Shown here one piece after another: positions 1 to 10,289 of a stretch of 37,444 nucleotides of DNA. Made by a program: the position numbers and the translations under genes. Position 1 is the stretch's first letter, and each line of letters begins with the position of its first letter. The stretch is from Candidatus Magasanikiibacteriota bacterium (GTDB taxonomy: Bacteria; Patescibacteriota; Patescibacteriia; Magasanikbacterales; UBA10146): assembly GCA_016212585.1 (NCBI GenBank), contig JACRFU010000075.1:1-37444 (forward strand). Direction: 5' to 3'. The notes under the pieces were generated by a model that ran no database searches, had not been told where the DNA came from, and saw only the letters and a program-made list of their open reading frames with translations.

Positions 1-138
1 GTAACGAAATACGCATAGTTCGAGACAGAATTGTTGAATAAATTTTGAGGTTTAATTGCAAATTAAGCTGAAAAATTTTGAAACAATTATGGCCGAACTA
101 TGCGTATTGCAGTCAAAATGGCATTCGGCGACAGACCC
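1..138 (+). repeat. Palindromic element family A, copy 1 (left end cut by window edge)
   Basis: Shares core TTGAATAAATTTTGAGGTTTAA...TTAAGCTGAAAAATTTTGAAA with four other copies; perfect 15-bp stem AATACGCATAGTTCG/CGAACTATGCGTATT; ends GGCGACAGACCC. Confidence 0.93.
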
Positions 139-160
139 ATAATATGTGGAGTAATCACTT

Positions 161-1159
161 ATGTCCAAACTAGAAACCCTTCTCACAAATTTTTTAGACC
201 ATCTCATCATAGAAAAAAACCGTTCCGAGCGCACACGGCGGAATTACGCGTTTTATCTTAAGCGTTTTTTTGAATTTGCGCGCTTTGACGCTCCTGAACA
301 AATTACCGCGGACATAGTGCGCAAATATCGCCTGCACCTCCACGGCATCCGTATGCCACAAAACGAAGAGCTCAAAAGTTCCACACAAAATTACCATCTT
401 ATCGCATTGCGTGCATTTCTTAAATATCTCTCCAAACGAGACATAAAAACACTCGCGCCGGAAAAAATTGAATTGGGCAAAATGCCGGAACGACAGGTGA
501 GTTTTTTGGAGCAAGGCGATTTGGAGCGTTTGCTTTCCGCGCCAATGAAAACAGAAAATGCTTCCAAAAAATCCGCGTCGGGCACTGATTTGGTGCAACT
601 GCGCGACAAAGCAATCTTGGAATTGTTGTTTAGCACGGGTCTGCGCGTTTCGGAATTGGCAGGCATCAAACGCGATGAAATTAACTTGAAACACGATGAG
701 TTAAGTGTTCAGGGCAAAGGGCGCAAATGGCGCGTGGTGTTTTTGTCCAATCAGGCAAAGTACTGGCTTAAGATGTATTTGGACAAGCGCGCGGATGTAA
801 ACCCATATTTATTTGTCCCCCATGACCGCGCGGACGAAGCGCGGGTGTATAAAACAGCACGGGAAGAAATGACCGGAGTAAAAAATAAAAAACAAACAAA
901 TTTCAAAGGCCTCACTCCCCGCTCCATTGAGCGGCTTGTCTTGCGCTACACTAAAGCCGCAGGCATTACCAAAAAAGTAAGCCCGCATACTTTGCGGCAT
1001 TCATTTGCAACGGATTTATTGCGCAATGGCGCGGATATACGCAGTGTGCAGGCTTTACTTGGCCATACGTCCATTACCACTACGCAGATTTATACCCACG
1101 TGACAGACCAGGCATTGCGCGCGGTGCATAAGTCGTTTCATGGAAAAGGAAGAAAATAG
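161..1159 (+). CDS. Tyrosine recombinase, XerC/XerD-like
   Basis: N-terminal SAM-like domain; catalytic motifs TGLRVSEL, GKGRKWR, HTLRHSFAT, LLGH, TTQIYTH. Confidence 0.93.
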   Translation: MSKLETLLTNFLDHLIIEKNRSERTRRNYAFYLKRFFEFARFDAPEQITADIVRKYRLHLHGIRMPQNEELKSSTQNYHLIALRAFLKYLSKRDIKTLAPEKIELGKMPERQVSFLEQGDLERLLSAPMKTENASKKSASGTDLVQLRDKAILELLFSTGLRVSELAGIKRDEINLKHDELSVQGKGRKWRVVFLSNQAKYWLKMYLDKRADVNPYLFVPHDRADEARVYKTAREEMTGVKNKKQTNFKGLTPRSIERLVLRYTKAAGITKKVSPHTLRHSFATDLLRNGADIRSVQALLGHTSITTTQIYTHVTDQALRAVHKSFHGKGRK

Positions 1160-1242
1160 ATCCGATCTTGCGCGCACTAAAAACGCAGGATTAAATAACT
1201 TTGACGAACGGACAAAAAATTGATAAGGTGCTGATATATTGC

Positions 1243-1317
1243 GCGCCCGTAGCTCAATGGATAGAGCAAGACCCTTCTAAGGTCGAGATGTAGGTTCAAT
1301 TCCTACCGGGCGCACCA
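1243..1317 (+). tRNA. tRNA-Arg (anticodon TCT)
   Basis: Acceptor stem GCGCCCG/CGGGCGC, D arm TAGCTCAATGGATAGAGC, anticodon loop CTTCTAA, T arm GTAGGTTCAATTCCTAC, encoded CCA. Confidence 0.96.
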
Positions 1318-1366
1318 GGAAGGAAAAGTTGAAAAAACATTATAAAAAAATATAGTAAAAAACGAA

Positions 1367-1797
1367 AAACATCTTTTGCCTGCTGGCACGCATATAGATC
1401 ACGCAAGCGTTTTGGAACTGATTTCCGCGTTTGCCGACACATGGGTTTCCCTTGATGCCTATGGACATCACACTATGAAATCGCACTTAAGATTTTCAGA
1501 TTTGGCAATATCGGCTTACTTGGAGCAAAAATATTTAAGAGGCGTAGCCATAGCAGGGCGCGATTAAATATTTTTGTGAAAGGCAGTCGAGATTGGCAAA
1601 TATGTAAATTCTTGGAGTGCAATTTCATAGTGTGATGTCCATAGGCATTTATCTTGTTTCTTAAAAAAGCAGGAATACTTGATGCGTCAAAAATGACCCC
1701 GCCAGCTCTTACTGCCTTAACATTATTTGTTGCTGAAAGCGATTCAAAGCATAAAGAGCGAGTGACTCGCCTGATTCTGCAATTGCTAAAAAAATGA
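1367..1797 (+). pseudogene. Remnant of a RhuM/Fic/DOC-family gene, 5'-truncated and interrupted by a palindromic element
   Basis: 1367-1462 reads KHLLPAGTHIDHASVLELISAFADTWVSLDAY; 1645-1797, in another frame, reads AFILFLKKAGILDASKMTPPALTALTLFVAESDSKHKERVTRLILQLLKK*. Both resemble, from memory, segments flanking the Fic core of this family; no HPFxDGNxR motif remains. Confidence 0.62.
1455..1648 (+). mobile_element. Palindromic element family B (MITE-like), 194 bp
   Basis: Perfect 27-bp terminal inverted repeat (1455-1481/1622-1648), inner stem CAAAAATATTTAA/TTAAATATTTTTG, partial second copy at 29115-29188, no transposase. Confidence 0.8.
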
Positions 1798-1814
1798 GCA
1801 TGAACCATGGTATC

Positions 1815-1843
1815 TTGAATAAAAATTTCAAATAGCGTATAGT
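1815..1843 (+). promoter_or_regulatory. Putative sigma70 promoter of tRNA-His
   Basis: TTGAAT-17 bp-TATAGT ending 11 bp before the tRNA. Confidence 0.55.
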
Positions 1844-1854
1844 ACCACGCGTAT

Positions 1855-1929
1855 GGTGGCTATGGTGTAATGGTAGCACAGAAGCTTGTGGAGCTTTTAG
1901 CACGGGTTCGATTCCCGTTAGCCACCCCA
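1855..1929 (+). tRNA. tRNA-His (anticodon GTG)
   Basis: G-1 plus acceptor stem GTGGCTA/TAGCCAC, C discriminator, CCA; anticodon loop TTGTGGA; T arm ACGGGTTCGATTCCCGT. Confidence 0.96.
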
Positions 1930-2072
1930 GACAAGAGAAGCGGAGCAAAAAGGCTCTATTTTTGTTTTATCTAAGGACAAATTTGACATTTGGATTGATA
2001 CATACTGATTTTCAATTATTAGTGATAAAACTGGCAAGAAAATGTTTTTCCAAGTATAATGATATAATTCGT

Positions 2073-3977
2073 ATGAAATTCCTCAAAAAACTGCTTTTCT
2101 ATCTCAACGCCGCCCGCTTACCTATTGTCTTAGCTGGCATATTTGTTGTACAAAACCAAATTTTCAATTTCTGGCTTCATATTGTCCCCCAACTGTATCT
2201 TGTACGAGCAAGCGTAGTAACTTTTGCTTTAGGCATATTACTGTATGGACCCGTGGTCTTTTTTGAAAAAAGACTAAGATATTGGTATCTTTTACTCATT
2301 TCTTTTATTATCTCCCTGCTTTTCATTTCAGAATATCTTTATTATTCTTATTATCGCGCGTTTTTGCAAGCCAGCGCGTTAAAAATGTTTAAAGAATCTC
2401 TAGCGGTGGGGGGCACAATACTTACACTATTGACTCCCAAGATTTTTATATTTACCATTAATTTTCCAATTATACTCATTGCCACTTTACTGGCGCACCA
2501 AAATAAACTACGCCAAATTATTTTAAAAAAACTTGAAAAAATTGTTGCGGTCATCGTTATTATAACGATATTGACGATGGGTTATGGTTGGGTCGCGTAT
2601 GCTGAAAGCCGCGATTGGGGGAATATCAAACAACTATATGCCAACTTATGGGATCTTAATATGCTGGTTGGCAAAGTAGGGATTGTGAATTTTTTTATTG
2701 AAGACGCAATAAAACTGGGGTTAAAAGGCAGAAAAGTAACTGTCCAAGATAAAAATTTCGCCAAAGAATGGCTCAATGGACAAAAAACCGCAACTTCCAC
2801 TGCTGGCTTTGGACTGGCCAAAGGCAGGAATTTAATTTTTATTCAAGTGGAATCTTTAGAAACCGTTTCCATTAATACAAAAATAGATGAACAGGAAATA
2901 ACACCGAACCTCAACAAACTCATAACACAAGGAATATATTTTCCTAATTATTTTACGCAAGTCTCCCAAGGCAATACCGCGGACGCGGAGTTTGTGATTT
3001 TAAATTCTTTATACCCTCTGCCTAGTCAAGTGGCTTTTATTGATTACGCGCAAAATAAATATCAAGCATTGCCGAGTTTGCTCACAAAAAACGGATATCA
3101 TACTTATTCTCTGCATGGCGATGTTCCTACATTTTGGAATCGCTCCAATATCTACCCCCGATTAGGATATCAAAAATATTTCACCAAAGCCGATTTCACT
3201 ATTCCTCGCCCTGTTGGTTTTCAAGATCTGGGAGATGACGATTTTTTTAAACAATCCATACCAAAACTCAAAAACTTTCCACAGCCTTTTATGGCAACGC
3301 TCATTACATTGAGTTCCCACACGCCGTTTGAACTGCCCCCAGATCTCCAGACACTTTCTTTCCCCGCCGATACGAATCTTAATGATGAACAAAAAAAATA
3401 TCTCCAAAGCGTTCATTACGCGGATCAATCTATTGGCACCTTCATAGACCAACTCAAAGAAGAAAAACTCTTTGACACCTCATTGATTGTGGTTGTAGGA
3501 GACCATGGAAGCTACACCAATATCAGCCAAGCGCTCGGAAAAGACGAAGGTCTGCTTAATAATTTTAAAGACAGCAAAGTTCCTTTGATAATCGCGGATC
3601 CGGGTATAAAACTTGAAGGAGATAATACAATCATGTCAAGCCATTTGGATTTGTATCCAACTTTGGCTAATCTGTTAGGTGTTCCGGCTCCTTCTTATGT
3701 ATTAGGAAAAGATATTCTAAATACCACCTCTTCATTAGTCGTGCGCCGTGCGCCTAATACTGGCTTAATTAAAGCCATCTTTTCCTCCAATCTGAATTAT
3801 ATCTCCTCAAATGACGGTGTATTTGAGAACGGAAAATGTTTTCAGGCAAACAAGAACGAGCCAACATCAATCAAAGATTGCCAAACGCTGTATGATGACC
3901 AATCAACCAAAATTAAAATTTCCGATACCGTTGTACGAGGTAATCTGATATTGCCCTTTGCCGATGAATCAAAATAA
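2073..3977 (+). CDS. LTA synthase family (LtaS/phosphoglycerol transferase, sulfatase superfamily) membrane protein
   Basis: About five N-terminal TM helices, then NLIFIQVESL, GNTADAEF (catalytic Thr position), SSHTPF and VGDHG motifs. Start placed at ATG 2073 rather than TTG 1962. Confidence 0.88.
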   Translation: MKFLKKLLFYLNAARLPIVLAGIFVVQNQIFNFWLHIVPQLYLVRASVVTFALGILLYGPVVFFEKRLRYWYLLLISFIISLLFISEYLYYSYYRAFLQASALKMFKESLAVGGTILTLLTPKIFIFTINFPIILIATLLAHQNKLRQIILKKLEKIVAVIVIITILTMGYGWVAYAESRDWGNIKQLYANLWDLNMLVGKVGIVNFFIEDAIKLGLKGRKVTVQDKNFAKEWLNGQKTATSTAGFGLAKGRNLIFIQVESLETVSINTKIDEQEITPNLNKLITQGIYFPNYFTQVSQGNTADAEFVILNSLYPLPSQVAFIDYAQNKYQALPSLLTKNGYHTYSLHGDVPTFWNRSNIYPRLGYQKYFTKADFTIPRPVGFQDLGDDDFFKQSIPKLKNFPQPFMATLITLSSHTPFELPPDLQTLSFPADTNLNDEQKKYLQSVHYADQSIGTFIDQLKEEKLFDTSLIVVVGDHGSYTNISQALGKDEGLLNNFKDSKVPLIIADPGIKLEGDNTIMSSHLDLYPTLANLLGVPAPSYVLGKDILNTTSSLVVRRAPNTGLIKAIFSSNLNYISSNDGVFENGKCFQANKNEPTSIKDCQTLYDDQSTKIKISDTVVRGNLILPFADESK

Positions 3978-4000
3978 AATCAGCGCCAACCAACATATTT

Positions 4001-5164
4001 ATGGAACGGATTTACAAAGAAGCGTTGCGTTTACACAAACGCACACATGGCAAACTTGAAATAATAAGCAAAGTACCGCTTGAAACGCGCACGGATTTGT
4101 CGCGTGCCTATACTCCGGGAGTGGCGCAAGTATCTACAGCAATTGGAAAACAGAAATCTCTTGCGCGCATTTATACTATAAAACAAAACACCGTAGCAGT
4201 GGTATCAGACGGTTCAGCTATTCTTGGGTTGGGCAATTTAGGCCCCGAAGCCGCGTTGCCTGTCATGGAAGGCAAAGCCGCGCTCTTTAAACGATTTGCT
4301 CATATTGACGCATTTCCTATTTGCCTCGCTACTCAAGATACGGAAAAAATTATCAGCACAATCAAGTATATCGCTCCCGTATTTGGCGGCATTAATTTGG
4401 AAGATATTTCAGCGCCGCGTTGTTTTGAAATTGAACGCCGTCTGCAAGCCGAGCTTGATATACCAGTACTTCACGACGATCAACACGGAACGGCAGTAGT
4501 AGTGCTTGCCGCGCTTATTAACGCGCTCAAAATCACACAACGCTCAAAAAGGCATGTCAAAATCGTCATCAATGGCGCGGGCGCCGCAGGCACGGCGATT
4601 GCCGAGCTTTTAATCTCATACGGAATAATGCATGTCGTACTCTGCGATTCGCAAGGAGTGATTTACAAAGGACGCGCAAAGCTGAATAGCGCAAAACATA
4701 TGCTTGCTGAGATTACAAATCGCTCGTGTCTTAAAGGTCTCCGCGCCGATGGATGCATCATTGGAGACCTTACAAGCGCCTTACGCGGAGCAGATGTATT
4801 TATTGGAGTGAGTGCCGCGAGTATCCTCAAAGCAAGCATGATTCGTATTATGAATAAAGAACCTATTATTTTTGCCATGGCAAATCCGATACCGGAAATG
4901 ATGCCCAATGCGGCAAAAAAAGCTGGAGCCGCTATTGTGGCAAGCGGACGATCGGATTTTCCAAACCAGATCAATAATGTACTCGCGTTTCCAGGTATTT
5001 TCCGAGGCGCACTTGATCATAAAATAAAAAAAATAACCACCTCTATGCTTCTGCAAGCGGCACACAACCTTGCGGGATGCGTTAAAAATCCCACCACAGA
5101 CCAAATTATTCCTTCCATATTTGATGCGCGTGTGGTTCCAGCTATTACCCGCGCGATACTATAA
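4001..5164 (+). CDS. NAD(P)-dependent malic enzyme
   Basis: AYTPGVA, LPVMEGKA, INLEDI, HDDQHGTA, GAGAAG, TGRSD-like SGRSDFPNQINN motifs. Confidence 0.95.
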   Translation: MERIYKEALRLHKRTHGKLEIISKVPLETRTDLSRAYTPGVAQVSTAIGKQKSLARIYTIKQNTVAVVSDGSAILGLGNLGPEAALPVMEGKAALFKRFAHIDAFPICLATQDTEKIISTIKYIAPVFGGINLEDISAPRCFEIERRLQAELDIPVLHDDQHGTAVVVLAALINALKITQRSKRHVKIVINGAGAAGTAIAELLISYGIMHVVLCDSQGVIYKGRAKLNSAKHMLAEITNRSCLKGLRADGCIIGDLTSALRGADVFIGVSAASILKASMIRIMNKEPIIFAMANPIPEMMPNAAKKAGAAIVASGRSDFPNQINNVLAFPGIFRGALDHKIKKITTSMLLQAAHNLAGCVKNPTTDQIIPSIFDARVVPAITRAIL

Positions 5165-5204
5165 GATTGCGTGAAAATTCCTCAAGGTATTTTTAATTTT
5201 AAAT

Positions 5205-7556
5205 TTAATTCATCCTACTCAAACGGGCAAAAAGAAAAAAGATAACCGTAAATACCACACCCATAACAAGCGGCGCCAAAGTAGATGCCCAATTCCACTT
5301 ACCTGAACGGAACCGCCGCAAAAGCAAAGAATTTGACACCACGGAAACGCTGGAAAACGCCATTGCCAACCCCGCAAGTTCGGGTTTCAGCACCAACCCG
5401 TATACGATAAACACACGCGCGGCAATGGGAATCCCAATCACATTGTAAAACAACGCAAAAAACAAATTCTGTTTGATTTTGCCAACCGTCTCTCTTGAAA
5501 GTTGTATGGCGGTCAACACATCGCGCAAATCATCTTTGATAATCACAATGCCACCAGTTTCCATTGCCACATCAGTGCCGCTTCCCATGGCAATTCCCAA
5601 ATCCGCTTGCGCGAGCGCTGGCGCGTCGTTGATACCATCCCCCACCATTGCCACTTTCAAGCCCTCTGACTGTAACTTTTTAACTTCCAGCGCTTTGTCT
5701 TGCGGCAAAACTTCCGCAAGCACATGCGTAATGCCAACAAAACGCGCAATAGCAAGCGCCGTACGCTCGTTATCACCGGTAATCATATATACTTTAATCC
5801 CTATTTTCTGCAATGCCATGATAGCTCCCGTAGTAGTTTCTTTGAGGGTGTCTGCCACCGCAATCACCCCAAGCAGAATCTTTGAATCCGCAAAAAACAT
5901 CACCGTTTTGCCTTCATTCTCAAGCGCCTGCACATGATTTTCATGCGCGCTTATCTCTATGCCGGTACGCGTCATGAGCGCGCGATTACCTAAAATATAG
6001 GTGATACCTTCATGCTCCGCGGAAACACCATATCCAGGAATCGCCTTGAAATGCTCCATATCATAAAAATCCGCGCCGCTTTTTTCCGCGTAGCGCACAA
6101 TCGCCTCGGCAAGCGGGTGCTCGGATACTTTTTCTAAACTCGCCATGAGTGTGATCAGTTTTTTTTCATTGTTCATTGCTATATCAACTATGTCAGTTAC
6201 CTCCGGCGCACCCTTGGTGAGCGTACCTGTTTTATCAAACACCATGGCATTGATTTTGCATGCGGCTTCCAGCGGCTCACCCCCTTTAATCAACACGCCA
6301 TTCTCCGCGCCCTTGCCGGTACCCACCATTATTGCAGTGGGTGTTGCAAGCCCCAACGCGCACGGACACGCAATCACAATCACCGCGGTAAATGCCATCA
6401 AACTAAAGGTAAGCGGCGCGCCAAGCGCAAAAAACCACACCACGAAAGTTACTATTGCGGATACAATTACAATGGGAACAAACACCGCGGAAATCTTGTC
6501 CGCTAAATCTTGAATCGGCGCTTTTGACCCCTGTGCTTCTTCCACCAAACGAATAATCTGTGCAAGCGTTGTCTCCGCTCCAACCTTAGTTGCCTGAAAT
6601 TCAAAACTGCCATTTTTATTAATGGTCGCGCCATAGACCGTATCACCAGCGTGTTTTTCCACCGGAATACTTTCACCAGTGAGCATGGACTCATCCACTG
6701 CAGAATCCCCTTTTTGCACTACGCCATCAACCGGAATTTTTTCTCCAGGTCGCACCACCACCATGTCGCCTTTCACTACCTGTGCAAGCGGAATATCCAA
6801 TGTTTTACCTTCACGCACCACACGCGCGGTTTTGGGCTGTAGACCCATAAGCTTCTTGATGGCATCAGAAGCGCGCCCTTTGGCGCGCGTCTCAAGCCAT
6901 TTTCCCAAGATGACAAATGTAATTAAAAATGCCGCGGTTTCAAAGTAAAGATCAGGAATTTTTGCCCCGTTTATCCCCAAAATCGTGCCATAATTGAGAA
7001 CATGCCCCGCAAACCGCGCCAAACTGTATACATATGCCGTGCTCGTTCCAATCGCAATAAGACTGTCCATGTTGAATGTCTTCATGCGCAACGCGCTCCA
7101 CGCGCCATTATAAAATCCAGCACCAATCCAAAGCTGGACAGGCGTGGCGAGAACAAAAGAAATAATACCCACAAACGGCAACAACGCGGCACGAAATGGC
7201 ATCCACGCAAAAAAATCAAAAAACATAAAATAGAGCATGGGCGCGCTCAACACGGCACCCCACACAAACTTGCGCCAATACGCGCGCATTTCTTCTTCTT
7301 TTCTTTTTTGAACGCCTTCACTGTCTGCGGCTTGATACACGCTTGGTTTGTAACCGGCTTTTTCAACAGCGGTAATCAAATGCGAGGCATCGGTTGTTTC
7401 AGCGTCGTATACTACACGCGCTTTTTCCGCGGCAAAATTTACATTCGCGTCGGAAACGCCAGGCACTTTTTTGAGCGCGCGTGTAATAATTCCGGCGCAC
7501 GACGCGCAATGCATGCCCTGCAGACTCAAAAGCACGAAGTCTTTTTTATTTTCCAT
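5205..7556 (-). CDS. copA: Cu(I)-translocating P1B-1 ATPase
   Basis: [39 protein letters not shown] and MAFSS transmembrane motifs. Confidence 0.95.
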   Translation of the reverse strand: MENKKDFVLLSLQGMHCASCAGIITRALKKVPGVSDANVNFAAEKARVVYDAETTDASHLITAVEKAGYKPSVYQAADSEGVQKRKEEEMRAYWRKFVWGAVLSAPMLYFMFFDFFAWMPFRAALLPFVGIISFVLATPVQLWIGAGFYNGAWSALRMKTFNMDSLIAIGTSTAYVYSLARFAGHVLNYGTILGINGAKIPDLYFETAAFLITFVILGKWLETRAKGRASDAIKKLMGLQPKTARVVREGKTLDIPLAQVVKGDMVVVRPGEKIPVDGVVQKGDSAVDESMLTGESIPVEKHAGDTVYGATINKNGSFEFQATKVGAETTLAQIIRLVEEAQGSKAPIQDLADKISAVFVPIVIVSAIVTFVVWFFALGAPLTFSLMAFTAVIVIACPCALGLATPTAIMVGTGKGAENGVLIKGGEPLEAACKINAMVFDKTGTLTKGAPEVTDIVDIAMNNEKKLITLMASLEKVSEHPLAEAIVRYAEKSGADFYDMEHFKAIPGYGVSAEHEGITYILGNRALMTRTGIEISAHENHVQALENEGKTVMFFADSKILLGVIAVADTLKETTTGAIMALQKIGIKVYMITGDNERTALAIARFVGITHVLAEVLPQDKALEVKKLQSEGLKVAMVGDGINDAPALAQADLGIAMGSGTDVAMETGGIVIIKDDLRDVLTAIQLSRETVGKIKQNLFFALFYNVIGIPIAARVFIVYGLVLKPELAGLAMAFSSVSVVSNSLLLRRFRSGKWNWASTLAPLVMGVVFTVIFFLFARLSRMN

Positions 7557-7586
7557 ATAGCCAACGTTATTTTATGATTGAACACA

Positions 7587-7805
7587 TTATGTGTTCACGA
7601 TTTCTTCAGAAGTCTTACCTACTTCTTCCAATGCTTTATGAATATCCGCCCATGGAATTTCACGCTCGGCGGTCAAACTAGCCATACCTGTTTTTTGATC
7701 AATTTGAACATCCTTTACGCCGGGCAAATCTTTGAGCACATCGGTGCTCAATCCCACGCACGAGTGGCATTCAATGTTCGTAATGCGGAATTGTTTGGTA
7801 ACCAT
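7587..7805 (-). CDS. CopZ-like heavy-metal-associated domain chaperone
   Basis: 72 aa with IECHSC and LPGV-type HMA pattern, directly upstream of copA. Confidence 0.85.
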   Translation of the reverse strand: MVTKQFRITNIECHSCVGLSTDVLKDLPGVKDVQIDQKTGMASLTAEREIPWADIHKALEEVGKTSEEIVNT

Positions 7806-7806
7806 A

Positions 7807-8001
7807 TTATTTAATAAAAATTAATTTAAAAAGTATTATATTAGCCGCGATAATTCCCACAACAAAAGCAACTACAGCACCAAAAATAAACGCGAATTTT
7901 GAGGAAAAATTTCCATTGGATTGAGATCCAGACACAGAAGCCGACCCCTGCGCCACATTGGATCGCGAGTCAAACTCTGAATCAAAAGGTATGTGTGTCA
8001 T
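7807..8001 (-). CDS. Small protein with one C-terminal TM helix
   Basis: Start overlaps upstream stop (ATGA) and stop abuts the next start; hydrophobic C-terminus. Confidence 0.6.
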   Translation of the reverse strand: MTHIPFDSEFDSRSNVAQGSASVSGSQSNGNFSSKFAFIFGAVVAFVVGIIAANIILFKLIFIK

Positions 8002-9689
8002 ATATTGTGTTTTGGTATTACATTAATATAGCCGCGATACATGCCCATAGAACAACTGAACAAATATCGCCCGGGCTTGTCCGGCGTGAACTCAAGCACA
8101 TTATCTGATTTCCCAGAAATCATCGCGCGCAAACCAAAATCTCTAGCCTGCAAAACACTGGCACACCCAGCCGCGTTTGTCCCATCTATTTCCCACTTCA
8201 CCGGTACCCCCGCTCTCACCGTAAATTCATCCGGTGTATAACCGTAACTATCTACAGTCATCTTTACAATTTGTTGTTTGCTATCAAATCGTACATTTGG
8301 GTCGTTGGCCGCACCATCGCTCCCGGGGTCCGCGGCCACGACCGAGCTTGAATTAAATGAAATCGTTGGCAATGGATACCCCAAAATTGTCAAACCATTT
8401 TGAATATTGTAAAGCCCCAACACCACCACAAGGGCGCCTGCAAACTGAAAAAACAATCTCCCTGCTTTACCTTTGAGCGAACTGGATGCCCAACCAAGCG
8501 CCAAAAGCGCCGGCGCGGTACCCAACGCAAATCCAAATAACAAAAGCGCGCTGGTTACGGCGCTACCGGTGGTAAGCGCGTACAACTGCAACGCCTGTGT
8601 AAATCCACACGGCAAGAAAAATGTAGAGGCTCCAAGCATAAATGGCGCCAAAGGATGCTCACTCTTTTGACCTGCGTCAAGCACTTTGTGCGATAAATCT
8701 TTTGATGCCATATTGGGTAAAATACCCCTAAGCCAAGACGGTGCTATATGAAGCATTTCCAATCCCATAATCAACATATAGAGCGCCGCGATAAGCGAAA
8801 TAACTCCTGTAATCCATTGCGGGAGCGACAACGATTTTCCAAGAAGTCCAATCAACCCACCTAAAACTCCATAGGACACTACGCGCCCTATTACAAACAT
8901 ATATACCGGATACATACGACCTAATCCTGTGGCACTAAACCGCTCATGAAATCGCGCCGCCGAAGAAAGCAAAAGACCTCCCGAAACCGCGATACATGAA
9001 GAGCTCGCGGCAATGAGCCCTATAACAAATACTGCCCAAAAACCCGTATTTTGCCCAATCACAAAACCTGTTTTAAATAGTCCGACCTTAGAAAGTATCC
9101 ACAAAACCCCCACCACAATAACAAAAACTCCAACGAGTTGATTGAAAGAAAGTTTTTGATCTTTTTTCTCACCAATTTCCGCCACAACACGATCCGCGCG
9201 CGCATGATTACCCGCAAGCGAACGAACACAATATCCATCATTCACAATGGCCGACTGTAACACATCAAACGACGGCGCCTGCGCGGAATTATATACCACG
9301 CGTGCCTCACCTTTTGACGCATTCACATTCACCTTGACTACGCCTTCAATTTTCTTAAACTTCCTTTCAATGGTGATTTCACAAGAACGGCACGTCATGC
9401 CATCAACACCGATTTTCAATTCTCCGCACTGTGGCGCACACGCTGTTGACGATTCGCATGGATTCTCTGCGACAGCACCAACTTCATAAACAGCAAGCTC
9501 AATACCATGCTCTTTAAGCACACTATTGATTACTTCTAGATTCATCGAATCTGCAATCACGATACGCGCTTTTTTATGCGATTCATTAATATCTACCTGC
9601 AAAACACTCTTTTGCCTCCCTAGTGCTTCTTTGAGTGTTCCCGTCCAATCTTCTTTACTACATCTAATATGTACTTTAATAACATGCAT
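7998..9689 (-). CDS. HMA + DsbD_2/TauE-like membrane domain + cupredoxin fusion
   Basis: GMTCRSC; SSSCIAVSGG and FLPCGF membrane cysteines; C-terminal YTPDEFTVRAGVPV...GC...FSCSMGMYRG cupredoxin signature. Confidence 0.88.
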   Translation of the reverse strand: MHVIKVHIRCSKEDWTGTLKEALGRQKSVLQVDINESHKKARIVIADSMNLEVINSVLKEHGIELAVYEVGAVAENPCESSTACAPQCGELKIGVDGMTCRSCEITIERKFKKIEGVVKVNVNASKGEARVVYNSAQAPSFDVLQSAIVNDGYCVRSLAGNHARADRVVAEIGEKKDQKLSFNQLVGVFVIVVGVLWILSKVGLFKTGFVIGQNTGFWAVFVIGLIAASSSCIAVSGGLLLSSAARFHERFSATGLGRMYPVYMFVIGRVVSYGVLGGLIGLLGKSLSLPQWITGVISLIAALYMLIMGLEMLHIAPSWLRGILPNMASKDLSHKVLDAGQKSEHPLAPFMLGASTFFLPCGFTQALQLYALTTGSAVTSALLLFGFALGTAPALLALGWASSSLKGKAGRLFFQFAGALVVVLGLYNIQNGLTILGYPLPTISFNSSSVVAADPGSDGAANDPNVRFDSKQQIVKMTVDSYGYTPDEFTVRAGVPVKWEIDGTNAAGCASVLQARDFGLRAMISGKSDNVLEFTPDKPGRYLFSCSMGMYRGYINVIPKHNI

Positions 9690-9704
9690 ACGAAAAAAGT
9701 AAAG

Positions 9705-10250
9705 TTATTTTTTAAATAGATATTTTATTGCGGCCGCAATACCCGACATAAGAAGCAGTACCGTCAAGAGCATAATCAAACCGCTCGCCCATCCAAAACC
9801 CGCGTTCAACCCCACCAATCCATAACCACTCCCCATCATACCATAGCCTCGACCCCAATTTTGATTGAATGAACCACCCCTCATTGATTGATTGTAAAAA
9901 CCGCTCATCATACCCATCATTCCCATACCAACCGCATCACCGCAGTACCATCTGCGTGCCATTAAAATATGCATTTGTTTCAAATTTTCAGAACCCTCGC
10001 CGCCCAAAACTTGCTCCATATTTTTATGCGCTTGTCCAGGCATCATCTGTTCCATATAATAATCACCCATTTGTTCAAGCTGGTCTTGGCTCAACTGCCC
10101 GCATGGAGCGCCTTGGCTGATCAATAACTTTGCACTTGCAAACTCGTCGGTGCTCGCAACAGGCACATCAGCGGCGGCAAAGACGCCTGAAACAGAAAAA
10201 AACGCAACCGCAAATACGACTACAAAACTAAGACGTATATTTTTGTTCAT
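9705..10250 (-). CDS. Exported Met/His-rich protein with C-terminal membrane anchor, putative Cu binder
   Basis: Signal peptide ending VFA-A; MGDYYMEQMMPGQAHKNM, MHILM, CG..MGMMGMM; C-terminal TM. Confidence 0.75.
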   Translation of the reverse strand: MNKNIRLSFVVVFAVAFFSVSGVFAAADVPVASTDEFASAKLLISQGAPCGQLSQDQLEQMGDYYMEQMMPGQAHKNMEQVLGGEGSENLKQMHILMARRWYCGDAVGMGMMGMMSGFYNQSMRGGSFNQNWGRGYGMMGSGYGLVGLNAGFGWASGLIMLLTVLLLMSGIAAAIKYLFKK

Positions 10251-10289
10251 ATATACTTATTAAAAATAAATAAATTTAAATACTAAAAA

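Noticed and set aside
1376..1808. ORFs 1376-1567 (+) and 1473-1808 (-) sharing AYGHHTMK
   Set aside because: The shared peptide arises from reading the inverted repeat on both strands; the ORFs are pseudogene/element chimeras
161..1929. Prophage or island integrated at tRNA-Arg/tRNA-His by the recombinase
   Set aside because: The enzyme looks like housekeeping XerC/D; I found no duplicated tRNA 3' end and no phage or conjugation genes
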